A stretch of DNA of 64,000 nt from Nemertoderma westbladi. Taxonomy: Eukaryota > Animalia > Xenacoelomorpha. Made by a program: the position numbers and the translations under genes. This document shows, in pieces, positions 1 through 11,429 of this stretch (positions are counted from its first letter, which is position 1; each line of letters opens with the position of its first letter). The notes under the pieces are model-generated. The model did no database searches. It saw only the letters and a list, made by a program, of their open reading frames with translations, and was not told where the DNA came from. The stretch spans positions 1-64,000 of the forward strand of contig JAUCBJ010007699.1 in the NCBI GenBank assembly GCA_032718475.1, in the 5' to 3' direction.

Positions 1-1356
1 CGTGCTCGCGTCCGTTGCGTCGTACTAATTCTAACGGTTCGTTTCGGAACATCGTCTCGCTTTCGTTGTTCGGTAGGCTCACAAGTCTTCCTCGAAGTCG
101 TAGATTGCGATGTAAACTGGTTGAACGGTCGCGTCTCCACTGTTCTCCGTTGTTCGGTAGGCTCACAAGTCTTCCTCGAAGTCGTAGATTGCGATGTAAA
201 CTGGTTGAATGGTCGCGTCTCCACTGTTCTCCGTTGTTCGGTAGGCTCACAAGTCTTCCTCGAAGTCGTAGATTGCGATGTAAACTGGTTGAATGGTCGC
301 GTCTCCACTGTTCTCCGTTGTTCGGTAGGCTCACAAGTCTTCCTCGAAGTCGTAGATTGCGATGTAAACTGAACCGGTCGCGTCTCCACTGTTCTCCGTT
401 GTTCGGTAGGCTCACAAGTCTTCCTCGAAGTCGTAGATTGCGATGTAAACTGGTTGAATGGTCGCGTCTCCACTGTTCTCCGTTGTTCGGTAGGCTCACA
501 AGTCTTCCTCGAAGTCGTAGATTGCGATGTAAACTGAACCGGTCGCGTCTCCACTGTTCTCCGTTGTTCGGTAGGCTCACAAGTCTTCCTCGAAGTCGTA
601 GATTGCGATGTAAATTGGTTGAACGGTGGGCGAATGACAGCATTTGAATCCAAAGGCCTTGTTGGTCGAAACGTCATTGGGTAAGCGTAATGTGTAACGG
701 ATTTTGGCGTCAAAGGTGGACTCACCTGTTTAGTCGTCAGTAGCGCAGGTCCGGTCAATAAACTACTACGATCTGTAATCGGTGGGTTACTTACCTTGAC
801 TTTCGGAATAGGCGACGACGTTGCTCTTGGCGGTGTAAACTCGTCCGGAATAACAAACCTGTGCTCCGTCGCACCATGGATAGGAGAAATGTTACTACTA
901 CCCGCAATCGAAACAGGTTCCTTAGTCGTAACCGGTACAAACATATGAGTTACCTGTGGGAATCGTTGACACACGTCTTTTACTAATTGTCGTTCCCGTC
1001 CGGGTGCCCCTACGCTTCCTTCCTTCTTTCGTTCCTGAATTTGGCGATGTCTTCGCTTTCGTCCTTCTGGGCTCCTCCCGGAGGCGCACCCACGAGGCGG
1101 ACGTGTTTCCACCACCCTTGGGGCCAGTCCGACAGATGTTATCATCAGACCGGGCCGGAGGGTGGCCTGATGCTTCCCGGGTTCTGTTTTCGGTCCCCCG
1201 ATCACACCAGCACAGCTCGTCGAACGTGTAGCCAGATGGGCGGCTACTGTCAACTTACTGTGGCCTGACTGTACATTGAGCCAACTCAAAGTATAACAAA
1301 GAGTCAACCGGCAGGTGGACCAGTCGATAGCGATCGAGCACCAAGGTCGCCCTTGG
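1..1356 (-). CDS. Stop-free minus-strand frame (gag-like low-complexity region) running off the window; not in the ORF track
   Basis: Manual translation gives ...PEGRKRRHRQIQERKKEG...VIPDEFTPPRATSSPIPKVKVSNPP...PPFNQFTSQSTTSRKTCEPTEQRRTVETR... with no stop from about 1356 to base 1. Confidence 0.55.
63..625 (-). repeat. Coding tandem repeat, 84/81-bp units, about 6.7 copies
   Basis: GTTGTTCGG recurs at 65, 149 and 233. Both unit lengths are multiples of 3. The minus frame reads EQRRTVETRPFNQFTSQSTTSRKTCEPT. Confidence 0.95.
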
Positions 1357-2233
1357 GCCTAACCGACGGTCTTGTCCCAAGCGGGCTTGCGCTACCCAAC
1401 ATTGGAATTTTGACACGTTTTCACCTGCCTCGCCGGCAGTATTGAGGGGACACCGTTCCTCAACAATACTGACTAGCTCGAAAGCTAGAAACAAGTAACC
1501 ACTTACCCGTCCTGTACACGTGTACTCAACAGATGTTCACGAAATCAAGTACACTACGGTAATCACAAAATCTGACACATACCATGCACACACAGAGACA
1601 TAATCGGGTAAGACAAAATCGGGGTCAAATCAGAAAGACAAAATCAGAGGGGACAAAATTGTATCGACTCATAAGAGCCGAGAGTACCTTATTTTGCCGA
1701 CAGGGCAAAATAACTTTGTGTGCACAAAGTATGCTGGGGTGCAGTAAAGTATGGTCCTACTAATACCAGCGGCGTCTTGTCCAACTGGCAAGGGTTCCCA
1801 TACCCACTCGCAGTGGCCACACATACAATCACGTGTACTCACGTACCCACAGCAACAGAAAACTCAAGACCCGACGGTTTTTCCAATGCCACCAAAGACC
1901 AATCAGCTGAACATGGAGACAATAACATATAGTATCAAAAAAACGGAACAGCTGACGGTCAATGGAACCATCCAAGCCCCAAGCAAACTGCCACTGATCG
2001 CCCACATACAAAACATAGTCCACGCCACATGAACCACAAATCACGCCATGCCACCACCCCTACTGTGTACAGGACTGGCAGTACGGCAACAGGCCGACTA
2101 GACGGTACCACGGCACCATGTCGATTCATGGTTCGTTAGACACGAGGGCCTTCAGTATCTCCCTTGCACTTATGGACCAATTTAACGTGTCCCCAGACCC
2201 TCACGAGTCTGCCGCCGCCTGCTAGAGGCACCC

Positions 2234-3565
2234 CTATAGAGACCTCACCTCTTTAGGTACCTCTAACTGGTCCAAGTCATGTCCGTCTCGAGATCTCATC
2301 GATCGATCGCGGGCTTGTAGATCCAGATCTTCCTTGGCGTTGGCTAATTCTCTCGCCTTCCTCCCGAGTTCGAAATGAAGTTTAACTTCCTTCTCGCGTT
2401 GTTCCGTCTGTCGTTGTTGCGCCTCGAACTCTGCTTGTCGTATAGCTGACTGAGCCTTTATTTGCCGTGTTTTCATCTCGGCTCTCGCTTCTGATACTAA
2501 CCTCTGTCGCTCTAACTCGGCCGCAGCTGTTCGTTGCGCTAACTCGGCCGCTGCCGCTTGTTGTGCAATGTCCAACTCTAACCTTTCCATCTCAGCCGCT
2601 TCCAACTCGGCTTGTTCTTGCAGATGAGAGATTCTTGCAACATCCGCAACGCGTAGTTTTTCTTCTTCTACCGCCGCTTGTGCCGTCAACAATTGAGCTT
2701 GTTCCTCCGCTTCCCGTTGTTGTCTATCCACTTGTTGTTGCTGTCTGGAAATTTCTGACGTCACGATACTTATCTCGCCAATTTCGCTGCGAATACTCAC
2801 TAACGATTGGTCCAGTATTCCCGGTGCCGATTCGATTCGTACGGGTGAAGTTTCCCTCGTATATTCCGGCACGGTTTCCAAATCGCCGACGTCTTCGCCG
2901 CACATACGTAAGTGGTCCGTCAGATGTTTCAATTGTCCATCCAGTCGGTACAGTTCCTGTTCTTCCTCGGGCTGCAATAATTCGTCCGAAACTGACTCAC
3001 CTAACAACTGGTCCGCTTGTTCCTGTTGTATCTGTCTAATCGTCGACTTAAACTGAATCAGTTTCTCTCTAGCGATCATTAGTTTCCCGAGGATTCTAAG
3101 TTGAGTATCCATGTCCTGTCTCTGTCTAGCTAGATCTTGTAGGCCAACTAGATTATCTACGGACTTATATACTTTACTCTGTACTCTAACCTGGAGGGTG
3201 TAGAACTCGAATCGAGACATCGGAGCGGTCAACCCGTCTAATATGCGTTGGCCTTCTCCAATACTCCTGGTAATATGCGCCATATAACCTCCGACGCTCC
3301 TAACTACACTTTCTGTGCTTCCTGCTGAACTTACCATTTCCGTTTCCCTATATCTAGGTTGCGGAACAGTTAGAAAGTCCTCGGTCCTGCCGTCGCCTCG
3401 TACTACGGCATCCGGTACTCCCGTTGGATGTACTGGTGACGCACACGGTGTAGGTTCGGTAGGCTCGCGAGTCTTCCCCTGTTGTTCTTCCGCTGCTGAC
3501 TTATCCGCGTCACACGAGTCATAGTCGGTAGGTGTATTCTTCGTATAGTCTTGTTTGTCACTCAT
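2234..3565 (-). CDS. Coiled-coil protein, probable N-terminal part of a BEL-type Gag (443 aa)
   Basis: ATG-initiated ORF with long E/Q/A/R heptad-like stretches (AAAAELAQRTAAAELERQR). Composition and position resemble the N-terminus of the DUF1759 Gag at 36528. Confidence 0.55.
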   Translation of the reverse strand: MSDKQDYTKNTPTDYDSCDADKSAAEEQQGKTREPTEPTPCASPVHPTGVPDAVVRGDGRTEDFLTVPQPRYRETEMVSSAGSTESVVRSVGGYMAHITRSIGEGQRILDGLTAPMSRFEFYTLQVRVQSKVYKSVDNLVGLQDLARQRQDMDTQLRILGKLMIAREKLIQFKSTIRQIQQEQADQLLGESVSDELLQPEEEQELYRLDGQLKHLTDHLRMCGEDVGDLETVPEYTRETSPVRIESAPGILDQSLVSIRSEIGEISIVTSEISRQQQQVDRQQREAEEQAQLLTAQAAVEEEKLRVADVARISHLQEQAELEAAEMERLELDIAQQAAAAELAQRTAAAELERQRLVSEARAEMKTRQIKAQSAIRQAEFEAQQRQTEQREKEVKLHFELGRKARELANAKEDLDLQARDRSMRSRDGHDLDQLEVPKEVRSL

Positions 3566-5640
3566 TTCGGTAGTTGTAAGTCAAGTGAAGTGAGTGTCAA
3601 AGTATCGAGTTTACCGTATTTGTATAAGACGGTACTAATTACAGTCATATAAAATTAGCCTACCGGCCGATTTTATAGCAGATGGATAAAATTAGCCTAA
3701 ACGGCCAATTTTACAGCAAATAAATGTCACGGAATAAGTATATAATAAAATTAGCCTAGCGGCCAATTTTATAACAAATAAATCGGATAACGATATGCGT
3801 TATCAAAAGGTAAATTAAATACAATAATACGGACTAATTCAGCAATGAACAAAGAAATCATACGGAATGCATAAATACTTGAGACAGTGGAACCCACAAT
3901 AATTTTAACTAATACGGTAATGCCTAACTTATTTATGCAACTTTTCGAACTCACCCACTCCAATAATTCTCCAGAAAAACAGATTCCCAGATACAAACCG
4001 AACGTGAACCTTTCCGTTTTTAACGTTGCGGACGAAACGCGATTTTCCCAACCAAAGTTGTTGAGTTATCTATCTCCCAAACTTGCTAAACACGGTCTTG
4101 CTCCCGTTACAGCCTAGAAATGAGTTCTGAATCCTGAAAAAACAAAAGAGTTAGGTTTTACTTTACGAAAATTTTGTACCGGTACAATATGGTATTTAAA
4201 CCCTTTTAAACACCGGTATTCAATTCCAAAAATATTTTACACGCGGTTCAAATCAAATTTTATTTCAAAAAATTAGCACTTAGCTAATCAAATATAAATT
4301 TTTACCTCAAAATACAAAATTTTCAAATAACTTTAGTCCTACCGAACCGTAGTTCAGTAAAACATATTCCTACTAAAAATTGGAGAGATACGCCTATTCC
4401 TACTATCGGAAAAGACGGTAACAATACCTGCAATATCCTACTGTAAAGTTTGTAAATCAAATCATAAATCCGACCTTCTCACCAAAACAGTAAACCCCAA
4501 GTAAGCGAATATATTGCAGTATCGATCTCCTTTAACCGGTGAGGCAGAAAACAGTCTACGAGCAGACAAACTTCGATAAAACAAAAATCCCGCGCAGCGA
4601 ATCCTAAAATCAGGCTGACTCACTGACGGACTAAGGGGCTCGTATACTTTGCCGCGGTGTGATTTATATGGTTGGGCAAAGGGACGCTAGCTAGGTGTAG
4701 AGCAGATTTAGAGATGTCTAACTAGCGAGCAAAGTGCAGTAAGGACGAAAGTTAATTTTATATATTTCGAGGTGTAAATAAATTTTAACGCGCGTGTGTT
4801 AATTCTGAACGGTCAAAGCAGTTTTGCTCCTTCACATATATAATTACTGGGTACGGTGTGCATTTTACGAATATTCTAATTTTATAACTTGTAGGTCCAA
4901 TACTCACGAATGATAAGGTTCCTTCCCCTCTTGCGTATTTCCAGGACTCAAATTCAGGCATAAGGTTAATACTACGCCCAGAATTCGGCAATTTTAGGTA
5001 CCAGGTCCCTAATACTGAGAAGAGATGTGTTAGTTTACTACTGTAGGCGTACGGGTACTAATAGCTATCCTGGCTCCTATCTAGAATTTTAGTCACCCAG
5101 GTAGTCCGGGTAACTTCCTATTAGGGCGTTGGCGGGGACACGGTAGATGTTAGTATATCCCTGATAGCCTCAATTTATTTGCGCCTAGCGTAAACTGCCC
5201 TACCGCCTGAACGGTACAATCCCAATTCAGGTGAAAACACAGCAACCCCCTAGCCTACAAGTTCTGATGTAATGGACACTGTTGTACGGCAAATAGTCGC
5301 ACACACACCTGTACTTAGCAAGAGTTAAGCGTACAGTTTGCTGCACCCTAACCAATGTGTATGCCTTGTACCGGTGTGCCTACGTCCTATCTGCGTACTA
5401 GTATCTGCTCTCTCTCCCTCTCCCCCGTAGGAATATGAAGGTCTACTGCGGTTTTTCCCTGAATCAAGACAGTACAGTCCCTATGATGTAATTTTGGGCT
5501 CACAGCGTGTCACTACGTCTACCTTTGATCTTTTGGTCTTACACTTAGGTAGCAAGGATCGAACGCTGTCTAACCTTTCAGGCGATGGGCGAATAACTTT
5601 AAATGGTATTGCGGGTCGTCTCTCGTCTACATTCCCGTGA

Positions 5641-6220
5641 TGTTCCCGTTCATTGCTGCGGCCCGATCTCTAGCTGGCCATCCTGTCCCTGAGTTTATTC
5701 ACCGTAGTGAAACCATAGTAAAACAGAAAGGCTGAGGGAATATTCTGACTTTATTACAGAAGACACAATTATAATACAATGTAATCTGAGAATAAACTAA
5801 GCACAACAGAATAAATCTGAGAATAGTGAAGTAATTGATTGATAACTAATGAACGAATCGCACCTTTATATACTAAATTTGTGCCGCAATCAATCGAGAA
5901 AATTCTCGATTGTTCTATGAGTTCTAACAAGGTTTTAAAGATAGCTTATTGGTCCAGCTAATATATAACTTGCACGACATTGGTTACAATCAAATAACTA
6001 CAGCCTTATTGGTACAGATAAATGCAATTAATTTGTAGCGGTTAATTTAAATGAGTTGAAATTCTGCACAAAAAATAATTCGCACTTACTAGGATTCGAA
6101 CTCGATACCTACTATACTTATAATTTCCAACGCTCTACCAACTGAGCTACTGAACCACTTGACCGATAGATGCATAATAGATAGAACCAATACTAATGAG
6201 AACTCAAAGCAATCTTTACA
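5641..6220 (-). repeat. Candidate 5' LTR of the left element
   Basis: On the minus strand: TGT...AACA ends, CCAAT boxes near 5950 and 6010, TATATAAA near 5865-5873, AATAAA near 5751 and 5694. No partner LTR is in the window. Confidence 0.45.
6070..6156 (-). promoter_or_regulatory. tRNA-derived Pol III cassette (A box, B box, T-run)
   Basis: Minus strand reads GGTTCAGTAGCTCAGTTGGTAGAGCG...GAGTTCGAATCC...ATTTTTT. No acceptor stem can be formed, so it is not a tRNA gene. Confidence 0.6.
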
Positions 6221-6282
6221 AAGTTAGTTCGAATAAAATAAATTTTTGAAAATCCACGGCATTTAGGGAATATAATTCTATA

Positions 6283-9200
6283 TTGATTGTGTGTGGTGTA
6301 TACTACACTGTAAGTACTGGACGTTGATTGTGTGGTGGTGTATACTACACTGTAAGTACTGGACATTGATTGTGTGTGGTGTATACTACACTGTAAGTAC
6401 TGGACATTGATTGTGTGTGGTGTATACTACACTGTAAGTACTGGACATTGATTGTGTGTGGTGTATACTACACTGTAAGTACTGGACGTTGATTGTGTGT
6501 GGTGTATACTGTACACTGTAAGTACTGTACGTTGATTGTGTGTGGTGTATACTGTACACAGTAAGTACTGTACGTTGATTGTGTGTGGTGTATACTGTAC
6601 ACAGTAAGTACTGTACGTTGATTGTGTGTGGTGTATACTGTACACAGTAAGTACTGTGCGTTGATTGTGTGTGGTGTATACGACACTGTAAGTACTGGAC
6701 GTTGATTGTTTGTGGTGTATACGACACTGTAAGTACTGGACATTGATTGCAGTACTGGACATTGATTGCGTGTGGTGTATACTACACTGTAAGTACTGGA
6801 CGTTGATTGTGTGTGGTGTATACTACACTGTAAGTACTGGACATTGATTGTGTGTGGTGTATACTGTACACAGTAAGTACTGTGCGTTGATAGTGTGGTG
6901 GTGTATATTACACTGTAAGTACTGGACGTTGATTGCGTGTGGTGTATACTACACTGTAAGTACTGGACATTGATTGTGTGTGGTGTATACTACACTGTAA
7001 GTACTGGACATTGATTGTGTGTGGTGTATACTACACTGTAAGTACTGGACATTGATTGTGTGTGGTGTATACTACACTGTAAGTACTGGACGTTGATTGT
7101 GTGTGGTGTATACTACACTGTAAGTACTGGACATTGATTGTTTGTGGTGTATACGACACTGTAAGTACTGGACGTTGATTGTTTGTGGTGTATACGACAC
7201 TGTAAGTACTGGACGTTGATTGTTTGTGGTGTATACTACACTGTAAGTACTGGACATTGATTGTGTGTGGTGTATACTGTACACAGTAAGTACTGGACAT
7301 TGATTGCAGTACTGGACATTGATTGCGTGTGGTGTATACTACACTGTAAGTACTGGACGTTGATTGTGTGGTGGTGTATACTACACTGTACGTACTGGAC
7401 GTTGATTGTGTGGTGGTGTATACTACACTGTAAGTACTGGACGTTGATTGTGTGTGGTGTATACTACACTGTAAGTACTGGACGTTGATTGTGTGTGGTG
7501 TATACTACACTGTAAGTACTGGACATTGATTGTTTGTGGTGTATACGACACTGTAAGTACTGGACGTTGATTGTGTGTGGTGTATACTACACTGTAAGTA
7601 CTGGACGTTGATTGTGTGTGGTGTATACTACACTGTAAGTACTGGACATCGATTGTTTGTGGTGTATACGACACTGTAAGTACTGGACGTTGATTGTTTG
7701 TGGTGTATACGACACTGTAAGTACTGGACGTTGATTGTGTGTGGTGTATACTACACTGTAAGTACTGGACATTGATTGTTTGTGGTGTATACGACACTGT
7801 AAGTACTGGACGTTGATTGTTTGTGGTGTATACGACACTGTAAGTACTGGACGTTGATTGTTTGTGGTGTATACTACACTGTAAGTACTGGACATTGATT
7901 GTGTGTGGTGTATACTGTACACAGTAAGTACTGGACATTGATTGCAGTACTGGACATTGATTGCGTGTGGTGTATACTACACTGTAAGTACTGGACGTTG
8001 ATTGTGTGTGGTGTATACTACACTGTAAGTACTGGACGTTGATTGTGTGTGGTGTATACTACACTGTAAGTACTGGACATTGATTGTTTGTGGTGTATAC
8101 GACACTGTAAGTACTGGACATTGATTGCAGTACTGGACATTGATTGCGTGTGGTGTATACTACACTGTAAGTACTGGACGTTGATTGTGTGTGGTGTATA
8201 TTACACTGTAAGTACTGGACGTTGATTGTGTGTGGTGTATACTACACTGTAAGTACTGGACATTGATTGTTTGTGGTGTATACGACACTGTAAGTACTGG
8301 ACGTTGATTGTTTGTGGTGTATACGACACTGTAAGTACTGGACGTTGATTGTGTGTGGTGTATACGACACTGTAAGTACTGGACGTTGATTGTGTGGTGG
8401 TGTATACTACACTGTAAGTACTGGACATTGATTGTGTGTGGTGTATACTGTACACAGTAAGTACTGTGCGTTGATTGTGTGGTGGTGTATACTACACTGT
8501 AAGTACTGGACGTTGATTGTGTGTGGTGTATACTGTACACAGTAAGTACTGGACGTTGATTGTGTGTGGTGTATACTACACAGTAAGTACTGTACATTGA
8601 TTGTTTGTGGTGTATACGACACTGTAAGTACTGGACATTGATTGCAGTACTGGACATTGATTGCGTGTGGTGTATACTACACTGTAAGTACTGGGCGTTG
8701 ATTGTGTGTGGTGTATACTACACTGTAAGTACTGGACATTGATTGTGTGTGGTGTATACTGTACACAGTAAGTACTGTACGTTGATTATGTGGTGGTGAA
8801 TACTACACAGTAAGTACTGTACGTTGATTGTGTGTGGTGTATACTACACTGTAAGTACTGGGCGTTGATTGTGTGTGGTGTATACTACACTGTAAGTACT
8901 GGACATTGATTGTGTGTGGTGTATACTGTACACTGTAAGTACTGGACGTTGATTGTGTGTGGTGTATACTGTACACTGTAAGTACTGGACGTTGATTGTG
9001 TGGTGGTGTATACTACACTGTAAGTACTGGACGTTGATTGTGTGTGGTGTATACGACACTGTAAGTACTGGACGTTGATTGTGTGTGGTGTATACTACAC
9101 TGTAAGTACTGGACGTTGATTGTTTGTGGTGTATACGACACTGTAAGTACTGGACATTGATTGCAGTACTGGACATTGATTGTGTGGTGGTGTATACTAC

Positions 9201-10879
9201 ACTGTAAGTACTGGACATTGATTGTGTGTGGTGTATACTGTACACAGTAAGTACTGGACATTGATTGTGTGTGGTGTATACTGTACACAGTAAGTACTGG
9301 ACATTGATTGTGTGTGGTGTATACTGTACACTGTAAGTACTGTACGTTGATTGTGTGGTGGTGTATACTACACAGTAAGTACTGTACGTTGATTATGTGG
9401 TGGTGTATACGACACTGTAAGTACTGGACATTGATTGTGTGTGGTGTATACTGTACACAGTAAGTACTGGACATTGATTGTGTGTGGTGTATACTGTACA
9501 CAGTAAGTACTGGACATTGATTGTGTGTGGTGTATACTGTACACAGTAAGTACTGGACATTGATTGTGTGTGGTGTATACTGTACACTGTAAGTACTGTA
9601 CGTTGATTGTGTGGTGGTGTATACTACACTGTAAGTACTGGACGTTGATTGTGTGTGGTGTATACGACACTGTAAGTACTGGACGTTGATTGTGTGTGGT
9701 GTATACTGTACACAGTAAGTACTGGACATTGATTGTGTGTGGTGTATACTGTACACAGTAAGTACTGGACATTGATTGTGTGTGGTGTATACTGTACACA
9801 GTAAGTACTGGACATTGATTGTGTGTGGTGTATACTGTACACTGTAAGTACTGTACGTTGATTGTGTGGTGGTGTATACTACACTGTAAGTACTGGACGT
9901 TGATTGTGTGTGGTGTATACGACACTGTAAGTACTGGACGTTGATTGTGTGTGGTGTATACTGTACACAGTAAGTACTGTACGTTGATTGTGTGGTGGTG
10001 TATACTGTACACAGTAAGTACTGTACGTTGATTGTGTGTGGTGTATACTACACAGTAAGTACTGGACGTTGATTGTGTGTGGTGTATACTGTACACAGTA
10101 AGTACTGTACGTTGATTGTGTGGTGGTGTATACTACACTGTAAGTACTGGACGTTGATTGTGTGTGGTGTATACTACACTGTAAGTACTGGACGTTGATT
10201 GTGTGTGGTGTATACTACACAGTAAGTACTGGACGTTGATTGTGTGTGGTGTATACTGTACACAGTAAGTACTGTACGTTGATTGTGTGGTGGTGTATAC
10301 TACACTGTAAGTACTGGACGTTGATTGTGTGTGGTGTATACTACACTGTAAGTACTGGACGTTGATTGTGTGTGGTGTATACTACACTGTAAGTACTGGA
10401 CGTTGATTGTGTGGTGGTGTATACTACACTGTAAGTACTGGACATTGATTGTGTGTGGTGTATACTACACTGTAAGTACTGGACATTGATTGCGTGTGGT
10501 GTATACTGTACACTGTAAGTACTGGACGTTGATTGCGTGTGGTGTATACTACACTGTAAGTACTGGACATTGATTGTGTGTGGTGTATACTGTACACAGT
10601 AAGTACTGTGCGTTGATTGTGTGGTGGTGTATACTACACTGTAAGTACTGGACGTTGATTGTGTGTGGTTTAAACGACACTGTAAGTACTGGACGTTGAT
10701 TGTGTGTGGTGTATACTACACTGTAAGTACTGGACATTGATTGTGTGTGGTGTATACTACTCTGTAAGTACTGGACATTGATTGTGTGTGGTGTATACGA
10801 CACTGTAAGTACTGGACGTTGATTGTGTGTGGTGTATACGACACTGTACGTACTGGACGTTGATTGTGTTTGGTGTATA
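6283..10879. repeat. Satellite, 41-bp monomer (42/43-bp and about 20-bp variants), about 4.6 kb
   Basis: Consensus TTGATTGTGTGTGGTGTATACTACACTGTAAGTACTGGAC(G/A), head to tail, roughly 110 copies. Confidence 0.98.
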
Positions 10880-10971
10880 ATTCAGGTCATTTCATTTGTG
10901 ACGAATAATTATTAATATTTTTATAAATTTTTTTTAACGATTCTTGTAATTATTATGATATTCTGACTAAC

Positions 10972-11090
10972 CTTCCTGTTTACCAACATCAACACTGTTG
11001 CTGACAAGGGCTAATATATCAGATAAATTCTTCATACATAATATTCCACGGCCTCTTGACTTGGCACCTGGCTTAACAATCCACATGTTC
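10972..11090 (-). CDS. TTLL3: Tubulin monoglycylase TTLL3/TTLL8-like exon (ATP-grasp WIVKPG motif); not in the ORF track
   Basis: tatctag|G AAC ATG TGG...GAA G|gttagt encodes [30 protein letters not shown], matching TTLL3/8 [16 protein letters not shown]. The phase-2 start fits the exon ending at 20077. Confidence 0.93.
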
Positions 11091-11429
11091 CTAGATAATT
11101 GAAAAAAGTTAAAAAAAAACCATTTGCATTAAAACGATACAAAATGCTGAAAATCCCAAGAGATGTACGACACGCTGAATTTTTAACTTTAGTCAAATCC
11201 GGACTAAAAACAATCCATTTAACACAATTTGAAATGCACACTGCCCCAAAAAGCGAATAAATGGAAATAAAGTGTAATATACATTTTGGGTGGACTATAT
11301 TGAATTGTAATATTTAAAAAAAAAATTTTTGACGACCCTTAGCAGCCAGAGCTAAAGTTTTTATTTTGACTTAAAAAATGCTACTCCTTTGTTATACCTT
11401 ATTTTCAGAAGTTTAACCTAAGTGTATAG

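Larger units (their letters stand above)
1..6220 (-). mobile_element. BEL/Pao-like LTR retrotransposon, 5' part (candidate LTR, long 5' UTR, gag N-terminus), running off the left edge
   Basis: Layout matches the BEL element at 33121-45225. The LTR-like block begins TGTAAAG (6220) and ends GGGAACA (5641). About 2 kb of UTR with short repeats follows, then an Ala/Glu/Gln coiled-coil ORF and a Pro/Thr/Ser-rich ORF. No diagnostic BEL domain lies inside the window, so the family is inferred. Confidence 0.55.

Noticed and set aside
15-647. 210-aa + strand repeat ORF
   Set aside because: It is the antisense shadow of the repeat; the longer open frame and the element orientation are on the minus strand.
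6080-6156. tRNA gene
   Set aside because: A and B boxes are present, but acceptor and anticodon stems cannot be formed.
6386-10803. Many His/Thr/Tyr-rich ORFs
   Set aside because: They are translation artefacts of the 41-bp satellite cycling through frames.
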